A DNA stretch of 64,000 nt from Prorocentrum cordatum (Eukaryota): NCBI GenBank assembly GCA_963575745.1, contig CAUYUJ010000070.1, forward strand, positions 310,001 to 374,000. Reading direction: 5' to 3'. Position 1 is the first letter of the stretch. Every line of letters begins with the position of its first letter. Position numbers and translations under genes: made by a program. Shown here piece after piece: positions 58,828 through 64,000 of the stretch. Under the pieces are notes generated by a model. That model was not told the origin of the DNA. It saw only the letters and a program-made list of their open reading frames with translations, and ran no database searches.

Positions 58828-59375
58828 TGATGAGGATGATGCGGATTACTAGGATGATGGGAGTGTTGGCGATAGTTATGATGATGATGACGTTGATGAT
58901 GATGCTGATACTGATGATGATGATTCTGATGATGATGACGATGATGATGAGTATGGTGATGATGATTGGGCTGACATTGATGTTGCTGCTGATGATGATG
59001 GTGGTGATGAGAGTGATGATGACGAGGACGATGATGACGAAGCGATACCGTTGATCATGATGATGATGATGTTGATGATGATGATGACGTTCTTGATGCG
59101 GGTGCGAATAGTAATGATGATGATGATGATGCTGATGAGGTGGTGATGATGATGATGGTGAACATGATTACGATGATGTTGACAACGATGATGATGATGA
59201 TGATGTCGATGCTGATGATGATGATGATGCTGATGTTGTTGTTGTTGATGGTGCTGACTGTGATGGTGATGACGGTGATGATGATGACGATGATGATGAT
59301 GACGATGATGATGATGATGTTGTTGATGCTGATGCTGATTATGATGATGATGATGCTGCTGATGATGATGATGCT

Positions 59376-59445
<70 letters not shown>

Positions 59446-59458
59446 GATGGTGGTGATG
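58828..59458. repeat. Degenerate (GAT)n microsatellite
   Basis: Directly visible. Confidence 0.95.
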
Positions 59459-60699
59459 GACATCGTTTGGGCCGCCTTGGGGCTGTCTTGGCAGCTTGAG
59501 AAGTAGTATTTGGCCGTCGTGGGACCATCTAGCGCCGGTTTGGGGCTCTCTTGGGCCGTCTTGAGGCCTTATTGGTCGTATGGTGGGTGTCTGGGGGCCG
59601 TGGGGCGTATTGGCGCCGTCTTGGGCCGTCGAACGGCGTTCTAAGGCCGTATTGGATCCCACAGGAGGCCCTCGTGGGCTGTTTTGGGGCCGTCTTGGAT
59701 GCCTCTTGGACCATCGTGGAGTACGCTTGGGCCGTCTTGAGCTGATGGCAGCCCGAAAAGGCGAGAACGCGAAAATCATTCAAACCCAAGAGGAAATCAA
59801 TCCGAGGAAATCAATCCTGTTTGGTTTATGCTGACCCTATTGGAGGTATTATTGCGGGCCTTTTGGGCCCTTTTGGCGGCATCTTGGGCCGTTTTGAATC
59901 ACTGTTCGGCCGCCTTGTGGCCATCTTGGGCCGTCTTCGAGGCATCTTGGGCCATCTTGGTGTCATTGGTTGTCTGCGCGGTCCGTCTTGGTAGCTCGCC
60001 AGCGGACCTGGCCCGTGTCCCTGACTAGGGTGAGCCCTTGGTCGAATGACGAGGGGCGCAAAGATGGGGACGGTGATTCCGACCGCACGCAGGGCGAGCC
60101 CGATGTGTTTGGCTCGTCCTTCCGACATGGCCCTGCGACCGCATCTTGAAGCCACAGGGAGGACCTGTGAAACATGCCTTCGCGCACGTCGAGCAACTCG
60201 TCCCTCGCACAGAGTGGACCTGTGGAATATTCCCTCGCGCACGCGTAGGCGGCTCTTGCGACATGGCAGCAGGCGGCTGTCTCTGCTTGGACTGAGAGGC
60301 ATCTTAGGACTCGGACTCTAGCGCGACCCGACGTACGCACCAAGGGTGTGCGCGTGCACGGCAGGAATGGATGCTGGCGTTCACATTGTTGCTTGGAGTG
60401 ATCCCGACGGCGTCTGGCAGCTTCGCGCAAAAGGTGACGGCCGTTGGTGTTGCAGAGCCTCAGTTGCCCAGAGAGGAGGTGAACAGCCGCCATCCCGCGG
60501 CCATGCTATGAACGAACGCCGTAACTTCCTTCGCCGCTGTTGCCAGGCCAGCAATAGAAAAGCGACGGTTTGGCCCCGGCCACAGCGCCGCGCCGCTGGC
60601 AAAAACATGATGCATTGAATCGCGCTTGAAGGTTGAAGTCGGTGCTGGGCTCAAGCCCAGATCGCGTGGCAACAGTGACGACGAGGAGGCTGAAGAGGA

Positions 60700-61375
60700 A
60701 TAGACGGGGAGGAGGAGGAAGAGGAGGAGGCGGAGGAGGAGGAAGAGGAGGAGGAGTAGGAGGAGTAGGAGAAGGAGGAGGAGGAGGAGGAGGAGGAAAA
60801 GGTGGACGACCAGGGCAAGGAGGACGAGGGGGGAGGGGGAGGGGCAGGAGGAGGAGGGTCATCGGCATCAGGAGGCACGACTGAGGACTGGGACTGTGGG
60901 GGGGGGGTGATGACGACGAGGACGGTTGTGGGGAGGAGGGGTTTCCCCTCTGCAGCGAGAGGAAGTGTGGCTGCAGCAGCACCGGGAGGCGATCGCCGTC
61001 CAGGACGGCCCGCTCCCGGCTCCCGGCTGCCTTGTTTGGCCATTCCTCCTGCGGCCGCTCCTCATCCGTCCGAGGAGGATGCAGGAGGAGAAGGAGGAGG
61101 AGGAGGAGGAGGAGGACGAGGAGGGAGAGGTGGAGGAGGAGGAAAGAGCGAGGGAGGAGGAGGTGGATGACGAGGAGGAGGAGGTGGATAAGGAGGAGGA
61201 GGAGGAGGAGGAGGAGGAGGCAGAGGAGGAGGAGGAGGAGGAGGAGGAGGAGGAGGAGGAGCAGCGGCAGGAGGAGCAGGATGACGAGGAGGAGGAGGAG
61301 GAGGAGTAGGAGGAGGAGGAAGAACAAGAGAGGGAGAAGGAGGAGAAGGAGGGCGAGGAGGAGGAGGAGGAGGCC
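60700..61375. repeat. (GGA)n tracts; many similar (GGA)/(CCT) tracts occur across the window
   Basis: Directly visible. Confidence 0.9.
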
Positions 61376-63499
61376 GATGAGGCGGATGCTGTTGTTGAGC
61401 TCTCATTCCTTAAGGCACTGGTGCCCGCTCCGTGACTCTGTAGTCAAAGCACCCCATTCGGCTCTCGCGCTCTCGCTTTTGTCTGGGAAAGTGCTTGGGG
61501 TCATAAGCGAGCATGGCTCTGTAGTCGAAAGACCCCATTCGGCTCTCGCGCCTTCGTTTTTGTCCGGGCAGGTGTTTTGGGCCATGAGTGAACGTAGAAG
61601 TACGAGCGCTGTAGGAGGCCGGATTACAAATATGATGGAACCAGCACCACCCAACACTGCGCCCGCGTTCCCAGGCACACTTCCGTGTCCCTTGCAGCGG
61701 GAGATCATCCAAAGGAAGGACTGCCCGAACGGCTTGATCGCGTCTGCCCGCGGCCATTGCTCAGTGGCCCTGTCCGTCTCGCACGCGCCAGGTTTCTTAG
61801 TAAGCGTCGGGGGGGCGTCCCGCATCGACCCCCGTCGTGGGCAGCCACCGCGCGCCGAAGGCGCTTCGACCCCCGTCGCGGCGCGCCGAGGAGGCGAGAT
61901 TGACCCCCGTCGGGTGGGGGGGCCCTCCACGCTTATTATGAAACCCAGAGTAGTCTTCACATGAGCTCTCCCACCGTTGAGCACCTGACAACCTTGCGGG
62001 ATGCACGTGCACACATGACGCCACCGTGTGTGGTTCCACCGTTATTTGGAGGCTCTCCAGTCTTGGCGTTGCCTCACAACCATATTGTAAAAAGCCACGC
62101 GATGTGTGGGTTGAAAAAACAGCCCGCAAAAATCCTCGAATGGTTAATCCTCTTCGCTGTGTTCCCTTCCAACGCACGTCACCCGAACGTCCAAAGTTTA
62201 GGTGCGCGACTTACCAAATTCAATACGAAGGCAACAGCTTTGATCACATATCAACAGGTTGTTCTAGACGGATTGTCCACCGGCATGCAAGCGCTTCCCT
62301 CGGACACGTGCGCATAGTCTCCTCGCAAACACACGCGATCCTGAACTCTCTCACCTGCAGCATTCATGCACCCCTCACCCTGTGCAACATCATACCATGT
62401 GTATCGGCAGCTGTACTTAGATGTTCTAGGATGTTCAGGTCGCATTTCTACTCTAGGCGCTTTCCAATGTCAATAGCCGAGTGGTTATTTCTCGTCCCCC
62501 CTCTCCAGGGAGCTGGCGGGGGCCTACTCTCCAATGCCATTACGTTTCTCCCCACTTCTTCCGACCGATGGCTACCTGCTGCACCACCACGGTGCCCGGG
62601 GCGGGGCATGAGGGACTCCTCCTCCTCCCCCTCCTCCTCCCCTTTTCCCCCTTCCCCTCCTTCTCCTCCATCCCCATCGTCCTCCTCCTCCTCCTCCTCC
62701 TCCTCCTGCTCCTCCTCCTCCTCCTCCTGCTCCTCCTCCTCCTCCTCCTCCTCCTCCTCCTCCTCCTCCTCCTCCTCCTCCTCCTCCTGCTCTCTTCCCT
62801 CCGAGGATGCCCGGCCGGAGGCCCGCGCCGAGTGCCGGCGGCAGATGCGCGAGCTGGAGATCGGCTGCAGCCTGGTCGCCCGCCTGCGCACTCGGACGGC
62901 GTCCTCTGCCGCGTGGACAGCGGCGCCCGCCCTCCTCCTCCTCCTCCTCTCCTCCTCCTCTCCTCTCCTTTCCTCTTCCTCCTCCTCCTCCTCCTCCTCC
63001 TCCTCCTCCTCCTCCTCCTCCTCCTCCTCCTCCTCCTCCTCCCCCTCCCCCCTTCCTCCTCCTCTTCCTCCTCCTCGTGGGGAGGTGAGGAGGAGGAGGA
63101 GGAGGAGGAGGTCTTCTCAGGAGGTTCGGAACGCCCCCCGGCCTTCTGAGGAGTGTTCAGAGCCTTCCCCGAAGACGCGCGCGAGTGCTTCTGAGAGGCC
63201 TCCCCGCCTTCTGAAAAGGCCTTTTCCTTCTCTAGGGGACCACGTGCGAGCCCTACCCCTACCCCCCATTATTTCTGAAGGGAAGGGTGGGGTTCAGGTT
63301 CACTACCCCATCATTATTTCTGAGGCGAACCCCCCCACCCCCCACCCCCCCACTACCCCCACCCATTTCTGAGGCGAACGGAGTGAACCCCACCCTCCCC
63401 CTCAGCAATCGTGGGGGGTATGGATAGGGTTCGCATGTGTCGGGCCGGACGTTTGGGGGGGATTGGGAAAGCGGGGGTTACGAAATTTGCTGCATGCAG

Positions 63500-64000
63500 C
63501 TGGTTTCGGCCCGTCTCGATGGCCTGACCAGCATCCGCATGAGACGAAACAACCGCAGCCTTGTCGGTAGAAACAGTGGCCTCCATGTGAGTCTCCAGAG
63601 CCACCAAGAGGTCCACCGAGGCCTTCTTAAGCGAGGAAACCACCGACTTAGACGTCCCAGAGCTCGAAAGCCCGTAGTCATCAATGTAGATGTCCAGGGA
63701 GACTTGCTGGGGGAACCTGATGGGGTCCACAGTAGGAATAACGCAAACACGCACAAAGGATGTAGCCATACTGCATCCAGCCACAACCCCGTGCGTGACG
63801 AAATGGGGCCCGTGCAGGAGGCCCCCAAGAGAAACAAAGCGAGCTCCTCGATCAGCCCTAGCCGATATCCTGGCAATCCAAGGCCTGGCACCGATCAAGC
63901 AGCTTGGGAAGCCGAACCGTCTCGTAAAAATTACACAAATCCTATAGGATCTTCCAATAGCTATGCCCACGACCGACGACATGCTCGCTCTTGACCCAAG
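63500..64000 (-). pseudogene. Degenerate non-LTR reverse transcriptase fragment (runs off the window end)
   Basis: GVVAGCSMAT and LDIYIDDYGL (RT motifs) in ORF 63353-63982. Confidence 0.75.

Noticed and set aside
60645..60656. GGCTCAAG-like short matches (also ~51750, ~24340, ~29960)
   Set aside because: Too short to distinguish from chance as SL relics.

Overview
GC-rich, repeat-dense eukaryotic genomic DNA. It is a dinoflagellate sequence, inferred from a perfect dinoflagellate spliced leader (DinoSL, DCCGTAGCCATTTTGGCTCAAG). Most of the window is microsatellites, tandem minisatellites, MITE-like elements and scattered short exons. Two structures stand out. (1) An apparently intact ~9.2-kb non-LTR retrotransposon on the minus strand (42025-51211) encodes a zinc-finger ORF1 and an APE-RT-CCHC-RNase H ORF2. 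It sits between two (GT)n/(CA)n tracts, and its 5' end is exactly a full DinoSL followed immediately by an ATG that opens a 2926-codon frame. (2) An old ~12.8-kb element (27109-39887) has degenerate terminal inverted repeats and a candidate 9-bp target duplication. It carries same-strand, decayed, apparently intronless genes, including a CACTA/EnSpm-like transposase remnant. Several of these genes follow relict spliced leaders and are separated by CA/CAT-rich spacers. Together these suggest (inference) a system in which SL-trans-spliced RNAs are retroposed into CA-rich tracts. Most ORFs in the supplied track are low-complexity artefacts.
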